Origin: Yuukianura sp. NJ FZ-2021
Lineage: Eukaryota
Reading direction: 5' to 3'
Assembly (NCBI GenBank): GCA_046563655.1
Contig: CM102283.1
Span: 6,262,001-6,326,000 of the forward strand
Length of the DNA: 64,000 bases
A model generated the notes under the pieces. It ran no database searches, had not been told where the DNA came from, and saw only the letters and a program-made list of their open reading frames with translations. Shown piece by piece: positions 29,227 to 43,083 of the stretch. How positions within the stretch are numbered: position 1 is the stretch's first letter; every line of letters begins with the position of its first letter. A program made the translations under genes and the position numbers.

Positions 29227-31285
29227 TTATGTCATGTGAGCTGTTGGTGTTTGCTTATGGGCGAGAAAGAGAAACAGAATTGAAGACAGTGCGGACACCA
29301 AGAAAATTACATCGAACCATCTATGATAGAAGTTAAATTCCAGGTCACCCAGTACTTCGCTGACGATCACTGCAAAGTACGCGGGGAAATTAAGTTGGCG
29401 TTTGCGAACTTATGTTTTTACAAAAAATTAGATTGACTCTAAACATTTAGTGCAGAATCAGCGATTACTTACTTCGATACTCCAATGGCATGTTCATCCT
29501 CATGAGAAGCACAGATGAAACGAAGTACATTCCCTGAAACATAATGTAGTGAATTCATTTTCAGTTGACCTTGATGATCTCGTCGGAATAAAATAGACAT
29601 ATTACCATTATCTGTGCAAGGATGAGAACGATAACGTTGGAAGATTTTGAGCTGGAAATTGCGTAGAAGAACTTCGTAAGTGTAAGCAGCAGTCCACGAA
29701 TGGAAGTCAAAACGATGCAACCGACGAGAATGAAGGAGACGTGCTGAGACCAAAATTGAACATCGATTTGAAGTCCCATCCAATGAACACAGATTTCAAG
29801 GCCTCTGGTCACAGGGTCCACTCTTCCCACCCTGTTCAGCACAATGTTGACAGTACACTGCAATATAATACACAGATACTTTAGTACTTTAGTGTATTAA
29901 TTAATGCAAGAAACACTATGCGTAGGAAATGTTTTCTTACAATAAATATTTTCCAGATGCAGTAGAGGGAGAAGAAATAGCCAAGAAAGTTGAAGTACTT
30001 TCCCTTCCATGTTTTGGACCATTCAGCTCGTTCCTCCATGTTGCGAAGTTCGACAATTTCAAGAAACAGATGACGACTCAGCTCTTCTAGGGCACCTATT
30101 TCTTCTGCTAAGGCAGTGACATTATCTACACAAGAGAAGACAGCACAAAATGAAGAGACGTTTACTGATGTTGATGTTATTTTACCTTTTGACCTAGAAA
30201 AAACGCTCCAGAATCCACCTTTTACACCAGTGTTGTCTCGCTTTGATAGAGCCAACCTCCGCTTCTTTACAAGAACCATATCCAAGGTTTGAAGCAGTTT
30301 CTTCTCAATTCCTTGAATGTCAGTCCTATCAACGGGTCTGTTCATAGCAAACAAAAACACAATCATGTAAGTTATTCCTGAAATAGTCTCATGTGGGTAG
30401 ACTTATTGGGTTTCAGTTATGGAGAATTATTAGATACCTTATTATTATTATTATTATTATTATTAGAATACCTTATAAAAAGCGCCATGGAAGTGTAAGG
30501 GTAGTTGACAGCACCAAATCCCGATAAAAGTGCCATGACGGTCACCCCGACGACACCAATCCTACTGACTGCTTGTTCCATGGAGAATGTACCATGTCGC
30601 GGACTTATAATTGGAAATGGATCTCCAACTTTCCAAAATAGATACAGATATACGAACCATATCCCCACCGACAATATTTTCTGAAAGCGCTTTCCTCCAA
30701 CTTCAGTAAAACCAGTAAATTAGTAAAACAACAATGTCAGATGTGTCAGCGAGAAATAAGCTCACCTATTCCAAAGTTTGAGATTATAAAATATCCAATG
30801 TAGAAAGGAGTGCAGACGATGGTCATAAATAGAATCACATATAAGACAATCAGCCAGTGCATGTACCTCGAACTGAAACAAAAAAATATACACACTATTA
30901 CAAACACAAGTTGTAAAACCAAATTATTTCAACAAAGTCATCGTTGTCAATTATTAACTTACCTCGAGTCCAAAGTGCCCAAGATCTCAAAAATTATGAG
31001 CTCAAACAATGTACACGATAGCGCAAATGTTATAGAAAAAATAAGCTGAACAAGAACATGATGAACTTCGTAGTCTTTGAACAATTGTTTCACGAAGAAA
31101 ACCCATCCGCCAACGAAGAACAAAAGCTGGAAATTATTTTTAAAAAAATAAAAAGAAACGCAAGGTTAAACAGTACTCCTCATTCCGATTCAACATAGTA
31201 CATGGATTAGAGTAGAGTTAGGACGTAGGAAACACTGACATACCTGCGAACTAACAACAATAACGCTATCCTCAATCACCCCCAT
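29227..31285 (-). CDS. GPR89: Golgi pH regulator (GPR89/GPHR), multi-exon
   Basis: KQLFKDYEVHH..VQLIFSITFALSCTLFELIIFEI; FWKVGDPFPIISP; SRIGVVGVTVMALLSGFGAVNYPY; FWSQHVSFILVG; QFNFYHRWFDVIFLVSAL-like end. Confidence 0.95.
30439..30465. repeat. (ATT)n microsatellite in a GPR89 intron
   Basis: About 9 tandem tta units. Confidence 0.85.
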
Positions 31286-32035
31286 ATAAATCAGTCAATC
31301 TACAATAGAAAGTAACGCAAATTATTTAAAATCAAGATCATCACGAATTGAGTAATTTCAGTATTTACCTTGACCTGTATTTACTCCTCAAAAAGCTCCA
31401 ATACCTGCTAATTGAGACACTCAATGGAACCGGTCAGCGTGAGCGAAAGTTACCAATAATTTCTACGTACCTAGGTAGTTTTAGATATGAAAGTAATTAA
31501 AAGTTACTCAATTAGCCAATTAGCGTAATAATTTAACATGTATCACGGAGAAAATGACGTGTAAGAAACGGAACAGCTGTTTTTAGGATGCCAAAAAAAA
31601 GGGAAAAGTCAAGAAATAAACAAATGAATTTCAATTACCGAGCACAAATTTGGCGCCTTTTCGGTTGGACGAAGCAGTTTTGTAAAAGGCGGGTTTTTTG
31701 AATTTTAACAACAAAATTGAAAATAAAAATGAAAAAATCTAACGCGTAAGCGTAACATATAACGGGTTTGTTTTGTTTGTCAAAGATAAACCAATTATTA
31801 ATCAGTAAATCAAACCAATTAATCGTGATTGAAAACTGTTACATTTAAAGGAATTCGGAAGGGCAAGTGGTTTCTTGCACTTGGCATCCACATACTGCCC
31901 GTTGTTTTTTAAAAGTAAGATCGAATTTGCTTATTCAATTTGCTTATTCATAGGAAACGAAAACGGGAGAAGAAGCAATTAATTTCGATTGAATCAATCA
32001 ATTAGAAAATTGATGTGGGATTGGGAACCACAAAA

Positions 32036-33552
<1,517 letters not shown>

Positions 33553-34072
33553 ACTTTTGTTTTTACCTATTCAGGATAACTCTGCATGGATGCACCTTTT
33601 GGACATCGTGAGTTAAGGTCACTATTACTTTCATATTTTTAAAGTGTGTGATTCTCTTCATTTTTATACTCTTAATTATAATTTTTATAGTCTAAATAAA
33701 GTTGTGTACATAATGTACTAGAGCAGGAACAAACAATTTAATTCCAATTTGGAACGTTTTTCTTAAGTCTACTAATTACCCGTAGAACTACAATGTCTTC
33801 CACTACTTGTATGTCGTCTGGTCCCGTGTAAGTTTCAGCAGACTTTTTTTTTTTAGTTTTTTTAGCATTTTGGTTAAGAGGTCAAAGGTCAATGATTTCC
33901 ACTGATCTTCCTTCGCCTCAATTTGGTCCCTTGTAACCGGTAAGTTCCGTTTTTGGTTCTTTTTAGTATTGTCTAGGTTAAGTTTAGCACAAATTGAATG
34001 TTTTCTACTTTAATTCTAGATTGGTCCTTGGTTGTGTTCTCTAAGATGGAGGCCAATTCAAACTCTTCTGTT

Positions 34073-36480
34073 CTAAACCAATATGTGTGGGCGTGGCTCC
34101 GTGCTGGGCTTCAAGACTTCATCTGTTGCTGCCTTGACCTCTTCCCATGCATACTTAACATCAGCCAACTGCGTCCGTGTAGCACAAATTGCAAGTCGCA
34201 GAATATACTTCCCGTGTAGTTTGGCCGGAATGATGTGAATTCCACCGCGGTCGTTGATCCTCTTCAACAACTTTTCATTGTCATCGTCACTTTTGTTCTA
34301 AATGCAGCACAGAAACAGAGCTAAGAAGGTCATGAGGCTACTTTGGTTAGGTCAAATGTCAACTTACTTTCATCCGGAAACAAACCAACCCCATGACCAC
34401 TGGAACCACGAGTTCAAATCTTTCGTCCTGCCCAAGCATCGATTCAAAATCATGAGCCAATTTGATTTGGTTCCGAATATGTTCTTGCATTGCTTTCACT
34501 CCGTAGATTCTCATGACAAACCAAAGCTTGAGTGACCTAAACCTTCTTCCGAGTGGAATTTGCCAGTGCTGAAAGTAATTAAACTTGATTAACTTTAGCT
34601 AAACATGCTAGATATGTCAATAGGTAGGTCAAGTTGACGAGGTTCAAGAGGTCCTCCAATACATGTTTGAACCTTACTCGGTAGTCCGGAGCTCTTCCTT
34701 GCATATCATGTCTGAGATAAAACGGATCCAAATTGAAAGCATCAACGACATCATTCGCATTGGTCACCCTGTTTATGTTTGAACAAAAAAAAAACGTATT
34801 GTTTTGAAATCAGTGAATTCATGATTCTTTTTTGTTAATTTTTCTTTTGCACCAACCACATAGCAGAACAATCGAAGTTGACCAAAAGCCATTTGTGTGG
34901 ATTGAAACTAAACGATTGCGCTTTCTCCACTCCGCGCATTAAGTACCGATACTCTTCGCAAATGAATGAAGCTCCTAAAACCGAAAAACGAAAAATTATG
35001 TTCTAAAAATTTTTAGAACATTTTTAGCACATTAAGTTTTAGCCCGTAGCAGGTGAAATGGTCAGAAATATTTGGTCAGAAGTGAAAAGGTCAGAATTCA
35101 AAAGATCTAAGGTTAGGTTTGGTCACGTTCCTTCCTTTTCTGACCATTATTTTCTGATCACTTCGCTTTTGATCTTTTCACTTTCTGACCAAATCACATG
35201 GAACCGTTTTAGCCCCAGCTTACCTGCATAAGCAGCGTCGATGTGAATCCAGACTTCGGTACCGTCACAAACGCTGCCAATTTCATCCAGAGCATCAAAT
35301 GCGCAGCAATTTGTTGTTCCAAGTGTCACGACTACGAAGAATGGAATGAGGCCCTTAGCCTTGTCAGCCTCCATTGCCATATGCAGTGCCTCTCCACGCA
35401 TGCGCCAATCTTTATCAGAGCGAATTAGACGCATCTTCACGCCTCCAAGCATTCCTGCACGTTCCACTGAAGAGTGAGATTGGTCTAAAAATCGATTCAA
35501 AATAAAAGATGACATGAATTTTCGGCTAAAATTTAGAAAATTTTAAGCAATTTCTTAAACTTTTAGAAAAATCTGATTTGTGTTACCCGAAGCATACGCG
35601 ACCAATTTCCCGATGATTCCTGACTCGTCGAAATCAGGCAAAGTGCGATACTTTTTCATGATCTTTGATCTTGCTGTTAGTAAAGCCACCAGCGTCGCTT
35701 CCGATGCGGTTCCCTGCAATTCAATTTCATAAAACGTGAGTTGATTTTTTCAAATTTTGCTTTTGTTCATACAGGAAATATGAAAAGTAAAAAGTCTGAC
35801 CTGAATGACCCCACCACCTTTTCCGTTCGACGTATTAGACAAAAACTGCGGCGGAAGTTGGAGCATTTGACCCAACCAGTCCATCATGACCACTTCCAGC
35901 TCCGTGCAGGCTGGAGACGACATCCATGTAAACCCAATGCAGGCTATGGCTCCACTCAACATGTCTGCAACAATAGCCGGATAGGAATTGGCTGTAGGAA
36001 AGTACGCGAAGAATTTCGGTGAGTGCCAATGCGTCACGCCTGGAAACCAAAAACACAAAAACTTGCAGCATTACAACTATTATGTGCTTAAGTTCAAAAT
36101 TTTAAGTCATAGGTCAAAAGTCATACCAGGCATGATGACCCGCTCCAGGTCGGCCATGATGGCTTCCCACCTCTCTCCTTCCTCAGGAGCTTCGCTTGGA
36201 ATCAGCTCACGGAGATACCCGGGTTTCACTGTGGGAAGCACCCGCCTATCAAAAACCAAAATTAAAAAATCCCGGTCACACGATAACTCAAAATGAAAAA
36301 GTCGTTTTGAAAACGTTTTCAAAAAAAGGTAAGGGAGGGGCTGAAAATTAGGTTCAAAGTGTCTAAAAATCGCTAACAAAAATTGTTCTTGTGTCGTTAC
36401 CTGTTGCGGATGTTGGAGAGGTAATTGACGATGTAGTTGACCATTGCCGTTGCAAAGGCCTTGAATTCCTCTCCCTCCAT
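34073..36480 (-). CDS. Ddc: Aromatic-L-amino-acid (DOPA) decarboxylase, multi-exon
   Basis: [91 protein letters not shown]-Lys motif [26 protein letters not shown]. The Ddc versus Tdc/amd paralog call is by similarity from memory. Confidence 0.88.
35045..35205. mobile_element. 161-bp MITE with a 9-bp TSD (Mutator-like signature) in a Ddc intron
   Basis: gttttagcc|cgtagcaggtgaaatggtcagaa ... ttctgaccaaatcacatggaacc|gttttagcc, with internal ggtcagaa repeats on both arms. Confidence 0.8.
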
Positions 36481-36769
36481 TGCTGGATGAGGTGGTGGAG
36501 AATCAATCAGTGAACTTTAGAAAACTAATTGGTGAAAGTCACGTAGAAGCTATGGTCACCCTATTGTGAACGTGAAGCTTTTAGATCATTAGAACAGAGT
36601 GAAAGCGTCTCCAATTATTCCAGAGTGAAAGCAGAGTGACTTCCCGTCTGCTTTCACTCTACTTTCTCCAGGGTTCTCCAGATTGACTCCACTTTTCAGC
36701 CAGATCCAAAGTAACTTGTGCCATGAATTCTGAATACCAAAGATATAAAAATACCCACGTGGAACTACT

Positions 36770-36962
36770 CGACCCCGCGGGGATCAGTTAATCCCCACGA
36801 CGGGGATTAGTTAACCCTTACCGTTACCTATTTGAATTGTACTATACAATTGTACTTATAAAAAACCTAGAGTTATCCCCGACGCGGACCACTCTTCAAC
36901 TACGGGGATCACCAATCCCCATGGGGTTCACCAATCCCCACGGGGATCAGCTAACTCTGCCG
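36770..36962. repeat. Cluster of GGGGAT...ATCCCC palindromic repeats upstream of Ddc (probable MITE remnant)
   Basis: ggggatcagttaatcccc, ggggattagttaa, ggggatcaccaatcccc, ggggttcaccaatcccc and ggggatcagctaa lie in two blocks around an AT-rich spacer. Confidence 0.55.
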
Positions 36963-37701
36963 AGAGAAAAGTGAATCTGCTGCTCCTCTTTGAGAGAAAG
37001 GATACTTTTGATGATGGCCCACTTTCACCTAAATTCACTTACGATTTCTTCCTGTGTGCTCCTCCAGAGTCTAGTACTGGACAAGTTCTTTGTCTAACTA
37101 GGATTGAAAATATATAGAACTCTTTTTCAGAGATGTTTAAACCTATCGATCCCTATTCCCTAGGCGCTCTCTTGGGAAAGAATAAAAATCCGTACTTTCA
37201 ATTTCTGCAAGACTCTCAACAGACGCTTTCTCTCCTTTTACTTGTAACTCTCCTGGATGGTCTCTACACGTCCGCGGAATTCCTCAAAGAGAAAACCAGG
37301 ACAGCATCAGGATGCTTGTAGCCAAGGGCTTTGAGTGTTAATACTCTGCGTGAAAGGAGAGTGATAAATGTGAAGAGGTTGAGGTTCTGACTTCCAAGAG
37401 AAAGGAGGTGAAAAGCGTAAGTGGATTCTCCTGTTGCTTTCCACTTTCTTCATGTTTGGCCACTTTTCTAATTTCCGCTGAGTTGTTACTACCCTGAAGG
37501 CACTACCTTGAACAAACGAAACTGCAAGTGAAGAGGAGGGAATTATTAAACAAGTATTTAGTAATGTGGTCAATGTAATCGATTAAAAGTGGTTTAAATT
37601 AGTTGTATTTTAATTAACTAATACATAATAAGGGATGGGGGCAATTAAACAAGCTGTGCCATTTATGGCTAAAGATAATTTAAAGAGGAAAGTTACACGA
37701 C

Positions 37702-40700
37702 TTATTCGAACTTTCCAATTAAAACCATCATGTAAATTCCCGCAAACAGCGCTATAATTTCCTTTACGGACTGTTTGAAAGTGGATTGCTGCAGAAGTTC
37801 TGGGATCACAGAGACGGTGGCGATATAAATAAAACCTCCGGCAGTGAACGGAAGGATCCAGGCAATGGCAGCATCACCTGAGACGAGAAGCACAAATTTT
37901 GAAATACTGGCAGCATTTTGCATTTGTATTTTGTAGGTTCTTACCGACGCCTTCAGCGAGGAGGGACATGATAGTTCCTGAAACAGCACCTAACGCCGTG
38001 ATTAACTGCAGCATCATTGCCTGCAAGGTTGGATTATGTTACCCAACTAGAAACGAAACTTAAATTCATGTTAATTTAACGTTGGAATTGTGAAAAATCA
38101 GTGATGTTGTAAATTATAACCGGACTCTGTATTTACAACATAATTTCAACTATTAATTTAGAAGTTAAAATAACGTTGGGGTGATGTGTTTTTATAACAA
38201 GTTTACAACGCATCATTCTACAACTGTTACCAATTTTGCGAAAATAACCTAAATTTAACGTCGTTTTAACTTGTGGTGCTGTAGTAGGAGGCGCAACGTT
38301 ATTTTCACCTCTTTTTCACATCGCTCCCGCTCTTCTCCTTAACCGGCATGACTGCTAGAAAAGGATAGTAGGGGTCAACCATTTCATCGCACTTGAAATC
38401 GCAGATCGCATCGCAATTTTTTTGTTCGCACATGAGGGCATTTTTGCGCATGAGTGCGACTCAATTCTGCGACTCTACGGGTGTGACCTTGGCAAACATA
38501 ATCGCAGTTTTCTGTTTATATAATTCGAAAATGCCGAGAAAGTCAAAGAAATCGAAAGTAATTGATTTAATTTTTCAAGAAGCAGCAATTAGACTTGCAC
38601 AATTAGATAGTTCTGAGGAATCCGAGGAGGAAGAAATACACGCCGAGCTAATTGAAGATGTTGAACAGGTAATAATCTACTCTCATCAGACTGTGATTGA
38701 TTTGTATTGAATGTATAACCAATATTTAATTATCTTTAGGCTCTTGCGTGTCGCATAGGATACTCCGTTAGAGTACCTAAGCAGAAGCTGTGGATAAATG
38801 ACGTTTTACCAGGATACGACGAATCAAGATTCAAACAGGCTATAAGAATCACACGAAGTGACTTTCAAAAGGCGTTGGAATTGATTCAACCGCATCCTAT
38901 CTTCAACACAACTAAGGCCCAATTTCCAGTCGCGGTTCAATTGGCCGTCGCTTTATATCGTTTCGGTATTTACGGCACTGGCGCTTCAATTTCTTCAGTA
39001 GCACGAATTTTTGGATTGGGAGACGGGTCGACAGTGGTTCGTTTTACGCGAAGAGTAATTCATGTACTCAACGAATTAAAAGACCGATACATTTACTGGC
39101 CGGACGAAAATGAAAGAAAGAAGATTACTGCTGAGTACCACGACACTTTACCTAAATGTATTGGATTCATTGATGGGATGCACGTACCGTTGGAAGAGGC
39201 ACCGACAACAGACAAGGATTCATATTACGACAAAGACAAACGGTACAGTCTCCAGGTTCAAATCGTATGTGACCCATCTAAACGTATCCGAAACTTTGTC
39301 GCTGGATATCCCGGCAGCGTACATGACTCTCGAGTATGGAACGAATGTGAAATCCCACGGAAACCGGAAATGTACTTCAACGATGATCAATGGATATGTG
39401 GAGACAAAGCATACGGACTGGGAAAACACATGATCACGCCATTCAGAGAAAACTCAAAAGTTTCTGACAAAATTAAGCATCAATTCAACAAATATTTAGC
39501 CGGTCAGCGCGTCAAAATTGAGCATGTCAACGGAATGTTGAAAGAGCTTTTCAGTAGTCTCAAAGAATTGAGAATCAGGATCAACGGAGTAAGCACCCAC
39601 AGAAAGGCGGTCAAGTGGATAACTGCTTGTTTAGTTCTCTACAATATCCTAATGCCTAACATACAGTTAGAACATGCTGATCCCACCGAAGTTGGCCAAG
39701 CTGACGTAGAAGAAAATGAAGTCGACGACATTTCCGCCGAGGATAAACGTTTGGCTTTGTATTACTACATCCAAAAACTGTTGTAAATGATGTATTACAC
39801 AAACAAAATAATAAAACTTTATGAAGATTTGTATTTAGCCAATTCTACTTCCCACTTTAGCTTCTCAACCTCCAATCGCTTCAGTTGAAGTTCATGTTCA
39901 CGTTCCACTTGTTGTTTTCTCAGTTCCAACTCTGTATTACGAACGTGTTTTTCGTATTCGAACTGTTCACGCCGCAACTGAGAATCTATTTCCAACTTTA
40001 CTCTTTCCAGCTCCAATTGATCCCTTTGCATTGCGAGTTTATCTTGGGCCACTTGAGTCCTGAGATGGCTAATTTCTGCGTAAGCTTCACGGGCACTGCT
40101 GGATCCTTGTGAATTGGTTTTTGAGCGTGGTCCAAAGAGAACTTTTGAAGCAGATTTAACTATAAACACAGTTCCAAAATTAAGTACCAAGAATAATTTT
40201 AACGTAATAAATATTTAAAAAATACCTTTCTCGGTCAGCTGAGAAGATGAGGATGATATTGGAGAAGAGGTATCTCTAGTGCTCGTATCGGTTTGCGTGT
40301 CAGGTACTTCTTCGATTTGTATATCGGTTCCTTCTCCCTCTTCAAGACCCGAATCAATGGAATTAACTGGAACAAGTGCTGTCAGAAATGGGTCCAACAC
40401 GACTTGTCCTATCTGAGTAGAACCGGTACTGTATGGAACGTGGATACTGGCTTTTGTGCCCCAAACCGCGTCTGACTCAATAAAATACGGGTAGCGCTTT
40501 TTCATTAAATCTGAAAAAAATCAAGATTGAGGACTCAGTAAAGAATTTTATCATTCGCTACGTTTAATTTTAAACTAACTTTCGAAAGTCTCCTCGCCAT
40601 CGGTAGCACGAATCCCTTGTCCGGTTTCATCTCGCCATTTGATTGCTTCCTTATATTTCATAAGAAGGTGCCTGACTTTGTCTCTTAAGACCGAAGCATT

Positions 40701-43083
40701 GCAATTTTCAATTCCTTTTGCTTCAATTAAGCGTCCGTAGTACACAAGCGCATTCGGTTTCTAGAAAAAAAAAGTATTTGGTTGAATTTAAGCATGAAAC
40801 CAGAATTATAAATCTAAAGTGACACATCAACTTTTTATTGATTTACTTGTAATCGTACCTCAATTGTTAAGTTACGGTCAATTGTGTCTTTCATGTATTC
40901 CAATATGTCCGTGACTTCCTGCCCGGTCCATCTTCTTTGCTTTTTTCCGGTGGATTGGGCTTCGTCGCTGTTTCCCTTCCGTTTAACAATCGGTTTTGAC
41001 ACTTGAGCATTTACGCTCATTTTAACTTACTTAAACTTCTACGATTAAGTTTGAAATACTTGCAAGGTGATTAAAATTTAATTAAGAAGTGTGAATCCGA
41101 AAAATAATAAGAACGAAAATACAAAACATCACCTGTCAAAATAACCAGTAACCTCCAAACTGCACGCGATCTAACTAGGATGAGTTGTGATACACACTCA
41201 ATGAGAGGAAAAGCTGAGGAGGAGGTGTGTGGGGTACAGTTTGGAAAGTTGAAAATTCTATCGCAGATAAAAATGAGATTTATAGAAGCCTTCGAGGGTC
41301 GCAGATTCGGAGAATTGCAATCTGAGATTGCACTTCTCCCGATTGGCCAACTCAAATTCCGAGGGCGGAGACTTCGCACTTCATCGCAGATGTCAAATCT
41401 GCGATTCCAATCTGCGAGGAAGTGCGATGAAATGGTTGACCCCTAGTGAGACTCCAACAATGTGAGTTTGTGGAAGTGGTGCAGAGCATAGGAGTGAGAG
41501 GAAGAGAAGGGAAGAGAAGGTGGGAGTGCAAAGCTCCACACGGGAGTTATTTTTTTTCACTCTCGCAACAAAAATGCAACGTTATGTTTTTCCACACTCT
41601 CAACATTAATTTCACGTGGAAAGCGCGGCCACAAATCACTTTAGCGCAACGTTACGTGGTAACAGAAATAAAACGTTGTTTTAACTTTCGATTTCTAGTT
41701 GGGTAAATATAAACGTAAAGCGTTCGTTATCATTTAACTAAACTTTAACTAACATAAAATTTTTCATTTTAAATTACCTTCCTCTTCGTACAACCAGACT
41801 GAATGAGAATTGCAAAGTCTCCAATCTCATGTGGAACTTCATGAAGAAGAATTGTGACCGTTGTCACCATACCCACAGTGCGACCCGCCAAATAAGATGC
41901 ACCAATTGCTAAACCATCCGTAAAGTTGTGTGTAAAATCAGCCGCTAAATTTAAGTATCCAGATACCTGGATTTCGCTGTCTTCTGATTCTGAAAAAGTA
42001 TCAAAATTCAGCATGATTCAACATCAGCATTTTGAAATTTCGTTTGAAGGTATTGCCGTTGCGGTCGCTTACCCTTGCTAGCCTTTTGTTTCTTTGGCTT
42101 AGATTTGACTTGTTTAGATTCCTTCTTTCCCTTCGGAGATTTCTGAGTTTCATCTGTACTTTCGGCAGTTTTCTCTTCCTCGTGATCGGAACTCTTTTCG
42201 TCGTGATCGCTGCCGTGTGAATGATGATGACCACCTTTCATTATTCGGATAAGTTTTTCAACGATCAGAAACGTAACTATTCCTACAAGGACCCAGAGAC
42301 CAACGCTAATGTCATGTGCATGATGATCTTCGCCAGCACCGTGACTATGTCCATGGGAGTGTCCGTGACCGTGATGATGTCCGTCAGCCTCCTCAACAGC
42401 CATAATAGCGTGGGGGATAAGATGAAGAAAGGCATCTCCAAGCAATCCTCCGGAAGCGAAGCTCAGCAGTACTTTGAGGAAGTGCCGTTTCTCTTTTGAA
42501 TTGTCCAATGGAATGAGGAATAAAATGAAGAACGGCGCTGCACTAATGAGTAAGGTGGACCCAATGGCCTCGAACCATAAGTTAGGATTTTTCTCAGGAA
42601 TACTGCGAGATTTAGGAGTTTCGTGTTCGACTACTACTTTCTTTGGTGTTGAACTTGGGACGCTGTCTTTCGGATGTACTTGTTTCTGTTTCTGTGAAAG
42701 AAAAGGAACAAATTATGTACAAATTGTAAGTAAGATGGAAACAGAAGTAAAATCATAAAAATTCGGATAAAAACTGTAACAACTAATACACTATTTTCAT
42801 TTACAATACTTACAATATTTTCATTTGCCTGCTTTGAATACTTGAAGGATGGCGGCTCATCAGAATGTTCGTGGCTGTGGCCGTGATGATCGTGACTATG
42901 ACCGTGATGGTCGTGAATGTGACCATGGTGATCGTGTTCGTGAAAATGACCATGACCACCAGCAGGTGAAATCTGACTTTGAAATACCCAAATAAATAGT
43001 AAGATTCCAATCACAACTTTGAATATCCATCTCCAGCTAGATGCGGCCGAGTCGACAGGTTTCGCATGTCTTGCGTTCGTCAT
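37702..43083 (-). CDS. SLC39A7: ZIP7/SLC39A7 zinc transporter (Catsup), multi-exon; intron 38021-41777 carries nested transposons
   Basis: His-rich N-terminus; [94 protein letters not shown]. Confidence 0.96.
38531..39786 (+). CDS. Harbinger-type (HARBI1-like) DDE transposase, 2 exons (38531-38668, 38740-39786), ~394 aa
   Basis: In-frame GT-AG splice; HTH-like [10 protein letters not shown]...[13 protein letters not shown]; catalytic motifs [37 protein letters not shown]. No stops or frameshifts. Confidence 0.93.
39819..41020 (-). CDS. Transposon accessory ORF2 (Myb/SANT-like N-terminus, coiled-coil C-terminus), 4 exons
   Basis: Exons ~41020-40859 (NLS-like [17 protein letters not shown]), 40760-40580 ([25 protein letters not shown]), ~40510-40225 and ~40158-39819 (E/R/K/L heptads). 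GT-AG junctions. A second DNA-binding ORF is standard for this superfamily. Confidence 0.78.

Larger units (their letters stand above)
38370..41444. mobile_element. Autonomous PIF/Harbinger-superfamily transposon (Pangu-like), ~3.07 kb
   Basis: Perfect 25-bp TIR aggggtcaaccatttcatcgcactt / aagtgcgatgaaatggttgacccct. Flanking agt...agt can be read as a 3-bp TSD (alternatively TA). Contains two convergent genes and subterminal tcgcagat repeats. Confidence 0.93.
38041..41704. mobile_element. Non-autonomous TIR element (~590 bp of own sequence) interrupted by the inner transposon
   Basis: Perfect 13-bp inverted ends acccaactagaaa / tttctagttgggt, in tta-ccc ... ggg-taa context. Both arms are rich in aacgtt/caac motifs. 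Removing it leaves an ordinary ~93-nt intron. Confidence 0.8.
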
